From positions 11,595 through 75,594 of the forward strand of contig CBDUKN010000012.1 in NCBI GenBank assembly GCA_965367815.1: a stretch of DNA of 64,000 nucleotides, read 5' to 3'. The notes below the pieces were generated by a model that did not search any database, had not been told where the DNA came from, and saw only the letters and a program-made list of their open reading frames with translations. Numbering within the stretch: the stretch's first letter is position 1; the number at the start of each line of letters is the position of its first letter. Source of the DNA: an uncultured Thermoprotei archaeon. Lineage in GTDB: Archaea > Thermoproteota > Thermoprotei > Thermofilales > B15-G2. Shown here one piece after another: positions 19,437-28,911 of the stretch. The position numbers and the translations under genes were made by a program.

Positions 19437-20474
19437 TTAGCTTCTTTTAAGGTACTCAAGTACTTGGTCTCTTGCAAAGTAGTAGAGTACTGATTTTGCC
19501 CGACGGGACTCTTTAAAGGAGACTATTCTCTCCTTGTCTTCCTTTACACTGTACTCTACTATCTTTAAAGTACTGTAGTCTTTAAGGTAGCTTAAATGCC
19601 AGTGAAGTTCTACGAGATTTAAAGGATTTTCACTAGAATCTAGTACTCCTAAAGTATACTGTGTTGGATCGATCCATATCCATTTGTTAAAGTCTTTGCA
19701 GAAAACTTCTGTTGTAGTGTGTGCTGGAGACACTAGTAGGCCCTTTTCTTCGTCTTTGTACAGCATGTTTCTAACTATTATTTTTCTACAAGGAATATTT
19801 AGTGCACAGCATATGTAGGAGTATATTTCTGCGATGTTACTGCACCATACTCTGTCTTCTCCATTTACTGCTCTAAAGTACTGTTTCAGCGGGTTTAAGT
19901 TCTCCATAGTGTCAGAAGGTATTCCTCTATGTGGCTCAAGTTCTTTTATAATGCTTTTAGCTATGTTTTTAGCCGCAGAGTACATGTTGTCAGAATTTTC
20001 TACTAAGTGTCCCCATTTTTCTCGAATTATTTCTTTGTCTTCCAGTGGTACTTTATAAGCCATCCATTCTTCGACAAGTATAGGCATGTATGGTATTTCT
20101 GTTTCTTCTACAATTATCCATGAGACTTCTACTGTTCTTCCTTTCTTTGAGTAAAATTCATGAGGATAGAATCCTATTTTTATTTTCTTGAATTCTGTTT
20201 CTTTTGCGTCTGCTACTGCTTTAACTTCTACTTCATAGTGCTGTGGCTCATTATTCTCAGTGAACTCTAGTACTATTTCTTTGTCTGTTGTCTCTATTTT
20301 TCCTTTATTTACTCTATATGCAAAGTACTTTAAGTTTTTTAGAGAAGAGTATAGAGTTATTTTTATTTTTAATTTATTTTCGAGTATTTTTATTTCCTTT
20401 AGAGCTATTTCTTCAAGTCGAGGATAGAGTTCTGCATATTTTCCTTCTAGAATTATGTGGTCTGCAGTAGACAC
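19437..20474 (-). CDS. Transglutaminase-like (Cys-His-Asp) domain protein
   Basis: WCSNIA...ALNIPCR, HTTTEVF and KWIWIDPT motifs. Confidence 0.8.
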   Translation of the reverse strand: MSTADHIILEGKYAELYPRLEEIALKEIKILENKLKIKITLYSSLKNLKYFAYRVNKGKIETTDKEIVLEFTENNEPQHYEVEVKAVADAKETEFKKIKIGFYPHEFYSKKGRTVEVSWIIVEETEIPYMPILVEEWMAYKVPLEDKEIIREKWGHLVENSDNMYSAAKNIAKSIIKELEPHRGIPSDTMENLNPLKQYFRAVNGEDRVWCSNIAEIYSYICCALNIPCRKIIVRNMLYKDEEKGLLVSPAHTTTEVFCKDFNKWIWIDPTQYTLGVLDSSENPLNLVELHWHLSYLKDYSTLKIVEYSVKEDKERIVSFKESRRAKSVLYYFARDQVLEYLKRS

Positions 20475-20644
20475 TTGCTATAGGGATTGAACGGAATATA
20501 TTAATTGCGAATGGTAGTGTAAATTACTATTCCTGTAAAGCTACAGTTATAGTGGAAGTTGTTTTGCCTCCTAGTTTGCTTGAATAAGTACTTGAATACA
20601 GGGAGTTAATTGCTGTACTTATTTTAGTGCTTTTTATAGCTTTA

Positions 20645-21121
20645 TTACTTAGGAAAATTATGAAGAAGAGTGAGTAGGGTCAGCAATAGTATGCATATGA
20701 AGAGTACTAGATTTACTCTAATGACTTCTTTGTAGTAGCTGTAGGGACTTACTACAATTAATTTTTCTATAACTATGTCTACTTTACTGGCTAGCTGTAC
20801 TCCTTTAGATGATATTGGCCATAAGATTTTTACTGGTGGTCCGCCTGTCGTAGAGTCTATTGCTATATGTAGGAGAGGAAGAACTGCTAGCAGTACTGCT
20901 TGTGTTGTGCTGAAGCCTATGTTTTCGAGTACTATTGATAGGAGTATTGCTGCTGGAAAGAGTACTATGATCGAGTGGCTAATGGCTCTATGTTTTAGAG
21001 TAAATGCGTCTATGTCAGGTATTTCTGATAAGAGTACTGCTATAATCCATGTCAGTGGGTTTCTGCTTACTAAAACTCCTGCTACTAGCCCTAAAGTAGC
21101 GTGAGTGAATGTATCGGGCAT
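20645..21121 (-). CDS. Membrane-bound metal-dependent hydrolase (YdjM-like)
   Basis: MPDTFTH, PDID, HRAISHS, HIAID and LWP motifs. Confidence 0.85.
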   Translation of the reverse strand: MPDTFTHATLGLVAGVLVSRNPLTWIIAVLLSEIPDIDAFTLKHRAISHSIIVLFPAAILLSIVLENIGFSTTQAVLLAVLPLLHIAIDSTTGGPPVKILWPISSKGVQLASKVDIVIEKLIVVSPYSYYKEVIRVNLVLFICILLLTLLTLLHNFPK

Positions 21122-21184
21122 ATTCTATACTATTTTAGCGTATTAAAGAACCTGCCTACTTTTAGCCTAGCTTGTAGAATTATT

Positions 21185-22609
21185 TTAGTTAACTTGAATG
21201 CTGAACTGCTTTACTAGAGGTTTTTCTTTATCGAAGTCTTTTTCTATGTCTTTTAGCGAATATAGTATTACGTTTTCTTCTTCTTTGAAAGTAAAGCCTG
21301 TTTTAGAGTATATTATGTATGTGTTTTCTCTTTCTTTCTTTTTCCACTTGAAGTTTTCTGACTTTGATATGAGGGAATAAAGTACTTTTTTGTCTACTGG
21401 CTTGTTTGTCCACTTTACTTCAACAAAGTATACTTTTCTATTCTTTTCATCGACTGCCACTATGTCTATTTCTGTTTCGCTGTTCCACCATTTGCCTATT
21501 TTGGTGAACGGCATTTTGCCTTTTTTTGCTTGTAGAGCCATATGTTGGAGAGCTATTTTTTCGAATGTTGTTGAAGCATGTTTATCTATTTTTTCCTTTA
21601 TTTCATTTAGTACTCTTTTATGTAGACCTAACTCTAAGAGAGGTATATTTGGTCTAATAAACTTGAACCAGAACTGGAAAAAGTTGTCGCGAATATAGTA
21701 TCTTGCTTTACCTTTTCTGCCTTCTTCCATTAATGGATACTTTTTCTCGATGAGGTCTAATTTTTTTTGAAGTACTCTTATGTACTTGCTTACCTCATTA
21801 ATTTTTACTCCAGCTTTGTCTGCTATTTCGCCAAGTTTTGTTGCTCCTTCTGCCATTACTTCGAGTATTCTCATGTAGCGTGAAGGTTCTCTCAGCTCCA
21901 TTGCTAAGAGGTTAAAGGGTTCTTCTCTGAGAGGTGCTCCTGTTTTTAAAATTAGGTTTTCGACATTTTCCATTAAGCTGACTTTATTATCCAGTAGTGC
22001 TAAGTAGCCCGGTACTCCTCCGAATATAGAGTAACATCTAACTTTATCTACAGGCGAGAAGTTTTGCATAAAGACTCTTGCGCTCCGGTAGTCTAGCTCC
22101 TTTAATTTTATTATTTTTGAGGCCCTGCCGTAAAGCGGAGCTTCGTAAGATAAACCTATTTTATCAATCATTCCTACGGCTGATCCAGCTAGTATTAAAA
22201 CAATGTTTCTTTTAGAGAGCTCGCTGTCCCATATGCTTTGAAGCTCTGTCACACCTCCTGTGCCCCATAGTCTTTGAAACTCGTCTATTACAATGATTCT
22301 CACCCCTGATACTGGGAAGAGCTTGTAGAGATCTGTGAAACTCTCGACTAATGGCTTGTAAGGCATCTTTACTTGCCTTAAAAACTGTCTGGTAAGGTCG
22401 CGTAGTGCTAGTTCTCTATCTTCGTAGTTTACTATCAAGTAAATGGAGTCTCGGCTTCTAGCAAAAAAGTTTATTAAAAATGTTTTCCCTATTCGTCTTC
22501 TTCCATATATGATTACTAGAGCAGATTTTCCACTGCTATAGACTTCTTCTAAACTTTTTAGCTCTTCTTCTCTGTCAACGAATATTATACTCATAAGTAT
22601 TATACTCAA
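21185..22609 (-). CDS. Archaeal ATPase (AAA + wHTH + DUF234 PD-(D/E)xK); true start may be the ATG at 22594
   Basis: FVDREEE, YGRRRIGKT, IDEFQ, GGVPGY and EIDIVA...EVKW motifs. Confidence 0.9.
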   Translation of the reverse strand: MSIILMSIIFVDREEELKSLEEVYSSGKSALVIIYGRRRIGKTFLINFFARSRDSIYLIVNYEDRELALRDLTRQFLRQVKMPYKPLVESFTDLYKLFPVSGVRIIVIDEFQRLWGTGGVTELQSIWDSELSKRNIVLILAGSAVGMIDKIGLSYEAPLYGRASKIIKLKELDYRSARVFMQNFSPVDKVRCYSIFGGVPGYLALLDNKVSLMENVENLILKTGAPLREEPFNLLAMELREPSRYMRILEVMAEGATKLGEIADKAGVKINEVSKYIRVLQKKLDLIEKKYPLMEEGRKGKARYYIRDNFFQFWFKFIRPNIPLLELGLHKRVLNEIKEKIDKHASTTFEKIALQHMALQAKKGKMPFTKIGKWWNSETEIDIVAVDEKNRKVYFVEVKWTNKPVDKKVLYSLISKSENFKWKKKERENTYIIYSKTGFTFKEEENVILYSLKDIEKDFDKEKPLVKQFSIQVN

Positions 22610-22631
22610 GAGTATTATACTCTAGAGTATA
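22583..22631. repeat. 15-bp tandem repeat (about 3.3 units) of overlapping palindromes across the ATPase start; probable operator
   Basis: TATTATACTCATAAG / TATTATACTCAAGAG / TATTATACTCTAGAG / TATA; contains GAGTAT-T-ATACTC and ATACTCTAGAGTAT inverted repeats. Confidence 0.85.
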
Positions 22632-22657
22632 AAAATCTTGCGATTGACGACTCTATC

Positions 22658-24352
22658 TTATAGAGGATATTTTGAACCTAGCATTCTGTATATTTTGTTT
22701 AATTGATTCAAAGCTTCTCTCCACTTTTTCTTTAGACAGAGTTCTTCAGCCTTACTGATGTAGCTTTCTGCCTCGCTTATTGTTTCCTTAAGCAGATTTC
22801 TTTTCTTGGCCTCTTCTAGAAGCCTCTTACATAAGGTTAGACCGTAGACAGGATTGAGCATTGCTACGAATTCGTGAAAGTTTACTAAAACAAAGTCACT
22901 GTCTGCTGAGAGTTTATCAGCGACTATTCTGAGAGGCTTAAGGCTCTTATATCTCCACGGGACGCAGATAATTAGCGCGTGTAGTGGCCTCTTCTTGTAT
23001 ACTGTTGCTATTGCTTTAAGCCATCCGTAGACTTTTTCTTCTTCGCCTTCCCAAAACTCTACTGTTCCAGGAATTATTGGTACAGGAGAATCCTTCAAGT
23101 GATATGGGAAAATATCCATTCCTCGGTAGCCCAGCTTAATTGCCAGCAGTCCTGTTTCCGCATACTTGGGCAACGACTCTCCGTCAAGAAATTCTCCCAG
23201 TATTTCAGTGAACTTTAGGCCCGACTCCTCGAGGTACTTACGGGACATTTTTAGGAAAGTGTCTATGTAGTCTGGGTTTACGTTAGGATACCAGTATCCT
23301 GCTCCACTAGGCCCTGACACAAAAGTGTCTTGACTGCTAGCTGTCTCAGCGTAATACTTCATTATGAGGGGAGCGAGCTCTTTAAGGAAAGGCGATATAG
23401 TCCAGGCTACAGGTATTTTGCCTCGATCGGGGTCTTCCCAGAAATCCTTCATCATGAAGTCCCACTGTATGTTGTCGCCATCATTCATATAGAAAGTCAC
23501 GTACACTTTATCTTTACCGAGTTTACTGAAGTCTATTGGTGGTAAAGGATATTTACACTTTACTCTAATTCCAGACCATACTGTTAAATTAGATGTTAGG
23601 AAAGGACTGCCAGTAATTACTACAACAAATTTTCTGTGCTCTGAAGCTAGCCTAACTGTAATATGTTCTGTTTCACGATACCAGCCTAGTACAGCTGAGT
23701 TATCAGGCATTTCTTTAAGCAGTCTACAGAAAAGCTCTCTTTCCTCAGATATTCTAGGATCTAAGTAGTGAGCAAAAATCTTTACTGCTGTCACATAGTC
23801 TCTAAAAGCTATCTGCAGGAGCCTGGAGTCAGAATAAGGCTTCATTGGAGCTAAAAGCCTCTTATTGACTTTAGGCCAGAGCCTTCTATAAGCCCACTTA
23901 TATGCCTCAAGTCTGCTTTTGAATCTTCCTCTAAAGTCTTCAAGAAGCTTTAAGCCCTTTTTTTCAGCCCACTCGCTATCCTCAGGACTCACTACTAGAG
24001 CATCTATAAGTCCTGATAATGTGTTAGCTACATTAAGTGTATCCGGTACACTAGGGTCGAAGACAATGTATCCTTTAGCATAACTCAAGTATTTTTCAAA
24101 GACTTTATCTAAATCTATTTTAGCTACTTCGATTCCATGTTTCTCTATTAACTTAAGTAAATCAGCGTCTCTATCCGAAAGCAGTACGTAAATTCTAGGC
24201 TCTTCTCTATTAACAAGACCTTGGAGAATAAGTAGAGGAAGCCACCTCCAGTTCTTTCTGAAATCTATTTTTCTTAAGTCTACGACTTCAAGTCGCTTCG
24301 GCTCACTAAACTTAGGAAAAACTCTATCTTCAGACCAACTTATACCCGCCAC
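22658..24352 (-). CDS. GxGYxYP-domain putative glycoside hydrolase
   Basis: LQGLVNR, MNDGDN and GPSGAGYWYP motifs. Confidence 0.85.
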   Translation of the reverse strand: MAGISWSEDRVFPKFSEPKRLEVVDLRKIDFRKNWRWLPLLILQGLVNREEPRIYVLLSDRDADLLKLIEKHGIEVAKIDLDKVFEKYLSYAKGYIVFDPSVPDTLNVANTLSGLIDALVVSPEDSEWAEKKGLKLLEDFRGRFKSRLEAYKWAYRRLWPKVNKRLLAPMKPYSDSRLLQIAFRDYVTAVKIFAHYLDPRISEERELFCRLLKEMPDNSAVLGWYRETEHITVRLASEHRKFVVVITGSPFLTSNLTVWSGIRVKCKYPLPPIDFSKLGKDKVYVTFYMNDGDNIQWDFMMKDFWEDPDRGKIPVAWTISPFLKELAPLIMKYYAETASSQDTFVSGPSGAGYWYPNVNPDYIDTFLKMSRKYLEESGLKFTEILGEFLDGESLPKYAETGLLAIKLGYRGMDIFPYHLKDSPVPIIPGTVEFWEGEEEKVYGWLKAIATVYKKRPLHALIICVPWRYKSLKPLRIVADKLSADSDFVLVNFHEFVAMLNPVYGLTLCKRLLEEAKKRNLLKETISEAESYISKAEELCLKKKWREALNQLNKIYRMLGSKYPL

Positions 24353-24432
24353 AGCTTTATCTCGAATTATATGTTTAAATAACTATGTTCAAGTTATTTA
24401 TATCTGTAAGAAAACTCGAATATTAAGTTATT

Positions 24433-25044
24433 TTATATTTTATGCTTCACTATATTTCTCAAATGAGTGTAAACTACTGCTGCTAGTAAATGGTCTACAA
24501 GAAAGTCTTGTGGAATAAAAATTAGCGCGCCGACTACAATAGCTATGACCGCGCAGCTATGAGGAATACTGAGTAAGCTAGCTACAGTAAACGCCCATGT
24601 TTTAATAGGTCCTTCTACAGCAGTAAGCCAGTAGTAAAGCCATACTACTCCGAGCAAGTATATCAAAGAAGACATAGTATTACATACTAGCCAGAACTTG
24701 AGTACACTAGGTTTCTTTATTCTTCTAGCACTCCAGCTAGCTAAATAAGCTGCTAGAGGAAAAGCCCAGAGATAGCCTGCTGTAGGACCTATGAGCACTA
24801 GTATTCCTCCTCTTGCCCCTGCTGCAACAGGAAAACCGAAAGCTATTAACATTAAGTAGAAGATCTGTGAGAGACAAGCATACTCGGGAGGCAGCAGTAA
24901 AGCAGATAAAAATATAGCGAAATTTTGCATGGTATACGGTATAGGCCCCAAGTAGAAACACAGCTGGGCCATGACAGCCGTTAAGCCGGACATAAGTCCA
25001 GCTAACATCAGTAAGAAAATATTTTCTCTACTACTATTGTTCAT
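24433..25044 (-). CDS. bioY: Biotin transporter BioY
   Basis: P.PYTMQ, G.PV.AG.RGG and GPTAGYL motifs; hydrophobic; divergent from birA. Confidence 0.9.
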   Translation of the reverse strand: MNNSSRENIFLLMLAGLMSGLTAVMAQLCFYLGPIPYTMQNFAIFLSALLLPPEYACLSQIFYLMLIAFGFPVAAGARGGILVLIGPTAGYLWAFPLAAYLASWSARRIKKPSVLKFWLVCNTMSSLIYLLGVVWLYYWLTAVEGPIKTWAFTVASLLSIPHSCAVIAIVVGALIFIPQDFLVDHLLAAVVYTHLRNIVKHKI

Positions 25045-25121
25045 GGTTTACTGTAAAAGAATCAGTTTATAACACTACTGACTTTGCTGACTCAATTAAA
25101 CTTAAAACAATTTATTGAACC

Positions 25122-25440
25122 GCTAGCAATCTACTTTTTTATTTCTAGCATATAGGAGAATATTTTCTGCTAACTTTAAGATATCTTTATACTTTCTCTC
25201 AGCTAATATTTTTCTACAAGACTTAAAGATATAGTAGCATAGCCATGAACAACGATATTCCTAGTAACCTATAATTTTCTGCATTAATTTAGCTTCATCT
25301 TCCTTAAGTACTCCTATTTGCTTGAGCACAACTGCAGTCTCACTATATGTTGACGGAGGTTTTTCTCCTAGCTCTCCAATCAAGTGACATGCCATATCTA
25401 TAAGAGCTTAAATAGACACTTATAGAATATGCTGTAGCAA
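25122..25440 (-). pseudogene. Decayed HepT/DUF86 toxin gene between bioY and birA
   Basis: Manual translation: LLQHIL*VSI*ALIDMACHLIGELGEKPPSTYSETAVVLKQIGVLKEDEAKLMQKIIGY, frameshift, RNIVVHGY..., frameshift. RX4HXY motif retained; two in-frame TAA and two frameshifts. Confidence 0.8.
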
Positions 25441-25476
25441 TATTTTATTTAATTTAAGTATAGTTAAATGAGATAA

Positions 25477-26472
25477 ATGTCTTCACCAAAACCGCTTGAA
25501 GACAAAGTACTAGATATTTTGCTCAGCAATGCTGGCAGTTATGTGAGTGGAGCTGAAATAGCTTCAGCTCTAGGTGTTTCACGAATGGCTGTAAGTAAAG
25601 CCGTTAATAATTTAAAGAAAAAGGGTCATGTTATTAGATCTCATCCTCGTTTAGGCTACTGCTACATTGACACAGACGATTTACTCTATTTAGAAGAGTA
25701 TTTGAGAGACCTCTCTACAAGACTTAGATACCGTGTAGTATACTTTGAAGAAGCTACTTCAACACAAGATATTGCTCGCTCACTAGCCAATGCCGGTGTA
25801 GAGGAAGGCACCATAGTGATTGCTGAGAAACAGAGCTGCGGCAGAGGTAGGCTAGGTAGAGATTGGATTTCTCCTCCAGGCGGCCTATGGTTTACAATTA
25901 TACTAAGGCCTCCTATTCCTCCATCTAAAATAACTCTCCTCAGTCTGCTTACAGGCTGTGCAGTAGCACTAGGAATAATGGATATAACGGGACTTAATCC
26001 TCGCTTAAAGTGGCCTAACGACGTCCTTTTAGATGAAAAGAAAACAGCAGGTATACTCGTAGAGGCAGTTACTGAAACTGACTTAATTAAGTACGCTTTT
26101 GTTGGAATAGGAGTAAATGTCAACAATGAAATTCCTCGAGAAATAGCAGATATAGCTACTTCTGTGAGCCAAGAACTTGGGCGCAGAGTCTCTAGAGTAG
26201 CTTTAATGCGTGCAATACTGAAAAGACTGGAAGAACTTTACACTAAGCTAGTTTATGGGTATGTAGACCATATTATTAAAGTCTGGAAATCTCTATCAAG
26301 TACTCTCGGTAAAAGAGTTGTAGTATATTTGAGCGAGAAAGATAAAGTAGAAGGATTAGCAATAGATGTAGATAGTGAAGGCCTACTTATAGTGAAAACA
26401 GATGAAGGCAAACTAGTGAAAATTTATTTTGGTGACATAATTCACTTAAGACATAAAACATATTCTGGTTAA
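25477..26472 (+). CDS. birA: Bifunctional biotin ligase/repressor BirA
   Basis: N-terminal wHTH (SGAEIA...VSRMAV.K); STQD, Q..GRGRLGR.W, KWPND and K.AGIL motifs. Confidence 0.95.
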   Translation: MSSPKPLEDKVLDILLSNAGSYVSGAEIASALGVSRMAVSKAVNNLKKKGHVIRSHPRLGYCYIDTDDLLYLEEYLRDLSTRLRYRVVYFEEATSTQDIARSLANAGVEEGTIVIAEKQSCGRGRLGRDWISPPGGLWFTIILRPPIPPSKITLLSLLTGCAVALGIMDITGLNPRLKWPNDVLLDEKKTAGILVEAVTETDLIKYAFVGIGVNVNNEIPREIADIATSVSQELGRRVSRVALMRAILKRLEELYTKLVYGYVDHIIKVWKSLSSTLGKRVVVYLSEKDKVEGLAIDVDSEGLLIVKTDEGKLVKIYFGDIIHLRHKTYSG

Positions 26473-26474
26473 AT

Positions 26475-27185
26475 CTAAGCTATTTTTCCATATATTATTT
26501 CAATTCCATATTCTTTAGCTTTTTTAAATACTTCTTCTGATAAATTTCTCGTTATCGTAGGCGTTATAAGGAATACATAGTCAGGTTTGCGTCCATAAAT
26601 CCCTTCAACAAGTAGAACTCTTTCGAGAACTTTATCTAATTCGCTTAAATCCTCTAATACAGCCGTCACTTCAGCTACTATTAGTGGATTCTCATTAAAT
26701 ATATTGATTTCTATTTCTCTACTATCTAATTTGAAGACTTTTCTTTCAAGCTTTAACTTGTCTTTAGGAATTCCCCTAGCTTCAAGTAGCCCTCTGAGAA
26801 AACTTCTGCTAAACTCTTCTAGTGTTAGACCCATAGCACTTCTTAGCTCTATAAAAGCCGCTTTAAGCCCCTGAACATCACCTTTAAGTTCCCTTACTTC
26901 AGTTTTTAGCTCTTTTACTTCAGTTTTAAGCTCTTCAATTATCTTTTCATGTTTCTCAAGCAATTTTCCATATTTAACAACTTCTTTTTGGAGATTACTG
27001 ATAATTTTAGTGTGCTCATAAACTTGTTTTTGCAAATTATATATAGCTTTACTCTGTTCAGCTACCTGCCTTTGTAGATCATGAATACTCTTTACTACTT
27101 CATCCAGACCTAAATATCCTAGCACAGTATACCTAAATTCTATATCTTCTCTAAGTAAACGCAGTATTTCTTCTTTAAGCTTCAT
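26475..27185 (-). CDS. Coiled-coil heptad-repeat protein with C-terminal PD-(D/E)xK-like domain (DUF3782-like archaeal family)
   Basis: LLREDIEFRY.V.G.LG start; heptads ELKTEVK/ELKTEVR/ELKGDVQ; EINI...AEV. Confidence 0.75.
   Translation of the reverse strand: MKLKEEILRLLREDIEFRYTVLGYLGLDEVVKSIHDLQRQVAEQSKAIYNLQKQVYEHTKIISNLQKEVVKYGKLLEKHEKIIEELKTEVKELKTEVRELKGDVQGLKAAFIELRSAMGLTLEEFSRSFLRGLLEARGIPKDKLKLERKVFKLDSREIEINIFNENPLIVAEVTAVLEDLSELDKVLERVLLVEGIYGRKPDYVFLITPTITRNLSEEVFKKAKEYGIEIIYGKIA
26894..26934. repeat. Intragenic 21-bp tandem repeat (heptad expansion)
   Basis: TTACTTCAGTTTTTAGCTCT and TTACTTCAGTTTTAAGCTCT at a 21-nt period. Confidence 0.75.
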
Positions 27186-27441
27186 TTCTCTAGTAATAGT
27201 TTACATTAAGGCGACTTATATTTTTACCGTTTACATAGATTTAATAAATTTCCTATTTAAAGTATTTAATAGTTATTGATAACATACTGTAGTGTAGATT
27301 ATTAGTATTTAATATGAAATTAAGTACTTTTTAGCGCAGTACACATAAAATAACTAAAAGCTACTTGTTTCACATAATATTGAATATAGTTGAAGGTAAA
27401 TAGTTTTAGTTTATTACATCAAATTACTATATGGGATTCAT

Positions 27442-28911
27442 TTGAAATATTTAGTCGGAGCTGATCTAGGAACTAGCGGTGTGAAACTTTACGTTACCGA
27501 TTACGAGGGGCGAGTAGTTACTGTAGTTCGAGAGAAATATGGGCTCATTTTCCGAGGCCCGGGCATAGTTGAGCAGAATCCGGAAGACTGGTGGAATGCC
27601 TTCAGTAAGTGTTTAAGGGAAGTAGCCGAAAAATACAAAGTATCTGCTATAGCTCTATCTAGTCAAGCAAATACTCTGCTTCTACTAGATGAAAAAGGCC
27701 GTATTTTATCAAATGCTATTTCCTGGCTTGATCAACGGAGCTTTAAGGAAGTAAACGAACTAATTGAGGCCTTTGGATTGAAGTATCTTCACCAAAGGAC
27801 AGGAATGATACCTAATCCTGGTTTTACTGCACCTAAGTTACTTTGGCTAAAGAAAAATAAGAAAGATTTACTGTCAAGAACAAAGAAAATACTTTTTTCT
27901 CCCCAAAGCTATATAGCATACAAGCTTACCGGCAAAATTGCTGTAGATAGGAGCTTAGCTTCATTTAGTATGCTTTACGATATAAGGAAAGAAGACTGGT
28001 TTTCTGAGTTAGTAGAATTTACTGGAGTTGAAGCAGACTTGTTGCCTACAATTCATTACTCTTATGAAATAGTGGGACATATTAGGAGCGAGATTGCACC
28101 TAAACTAAGGTTAAGCACAAAGATCCCAGTAATTATCGGAGCACATGATCAATGCTGCGCTGCGCTAGGTGCGGGAGTATATTGTCAGGGGCCAGTCATA
28201 GACTCGACTGGAACAGCTGGAGTAATACTTTATGTTGCAGAAAAACTCCCTAAAGAAATTCCAGTGAGCCTTCTCGTATATCATTACGTATTTCCAGGTA
28301 AGTGGACATTACTTGGGACTCTCTCGGCTTCAGGAGCTCTAATAGACTGGCTTATAGAATTCACCGGGAGGAAGCTTTCCCACGAGGAATTTGAACGTGA
28401 AGCAGAGAAAGTGCCCGCCGGGTCTAATGGAGTACGCGTAGTACCTTATTTCTCGGGCTCATTTAGGCCCGGTGTACCACCAGACGCTAGAGGCGCTATA
28501 CTAGGTCTTATGCTGTTCCACAAGCCTCATCATGTTTATAGAGCCATAATGGAGGCCATAGCTTTTGAGCTAAAGTACTATTTGGAAACTATCAAAAATC
28601 TAGGTTATCCTCTCTCTAAAGTCATAGCCGTAGGCGGAGGCGCTAAAAGCCGTTTGTGGAGAAAAATTAAAGCAAATGTATTTGAGCTACCTGTACTTAA
28701 GCCTAAGATAACAGATACTGCTCCTCTTGGAGCATGTATTTTAGCTGGTATAGGCTCAGGAGCATTCAAGAACATTGAAGACGCCATGAGAATAGTCTCA
28801 ATTGAAGAAGAAGTCAAACCAAATAAAGAACTTATCATTATCTATAGAAAGCTTTACAAAAATTACTTAGATTTATCTAAGAAAATATGCTTAGAGCAAT
28901 ATGAAGTCTAG
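27442..28911 (+). CDS. FGGY-family carbohydrate kinase (xylulokinase-like)
   Basis: GADLGTSGVK, EQNPEDWW, WLDQR, GAHDQ, STGT and GGGAKS motifs. Confidence 0.9.
   Translation: MKYLVGADLGTSGVKLYVTDYEGRVVTVVREKYGLIFRGPGIVEQNPEDWWNAFSKCLREVAEKYKVSAIALSSQANTLLLLDEKGRILSNAISWLDQRSFKEVNELIEAFGLKYLHQRTGMIPNPGFTAPKLLWLKKNKKDLLSRTKKILFSPQSYIAYKLTGKIAVDRSLASFSMLYDIRKEDWFSELVEFTGVEADLLPTIHYSYEIVGHIRSEIAPKLRLSTKIPVIIGAHDQCCAALGAGVYCQGPVIDSTGTAGVILYVAEKLPKEIPVSLLVYHYVFPGKWTLLGTLSASGALIDWLIEFTGRKLSHEEFEREAEKVPAGSNGVRVVPYFSGSFRPGVPPDARGAILGLMLFHKPHHVYRAIMEAIAFELKYYLETIKNLGYPLSKVIAVGGGAKSRLWRKIKANVFELPVLKPKITDTAPLGACILAGIGSGAFKNIEDAMRIVSIEEEVKPNKELIIIYRKLYKNYLDLSKKICLEQYEV

Noticed and set aside
22583-22631. 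CRISPR-like array
   Set aside because: Units are 15 bp, contiguous and lack spacers; there are no cas genes in the window.
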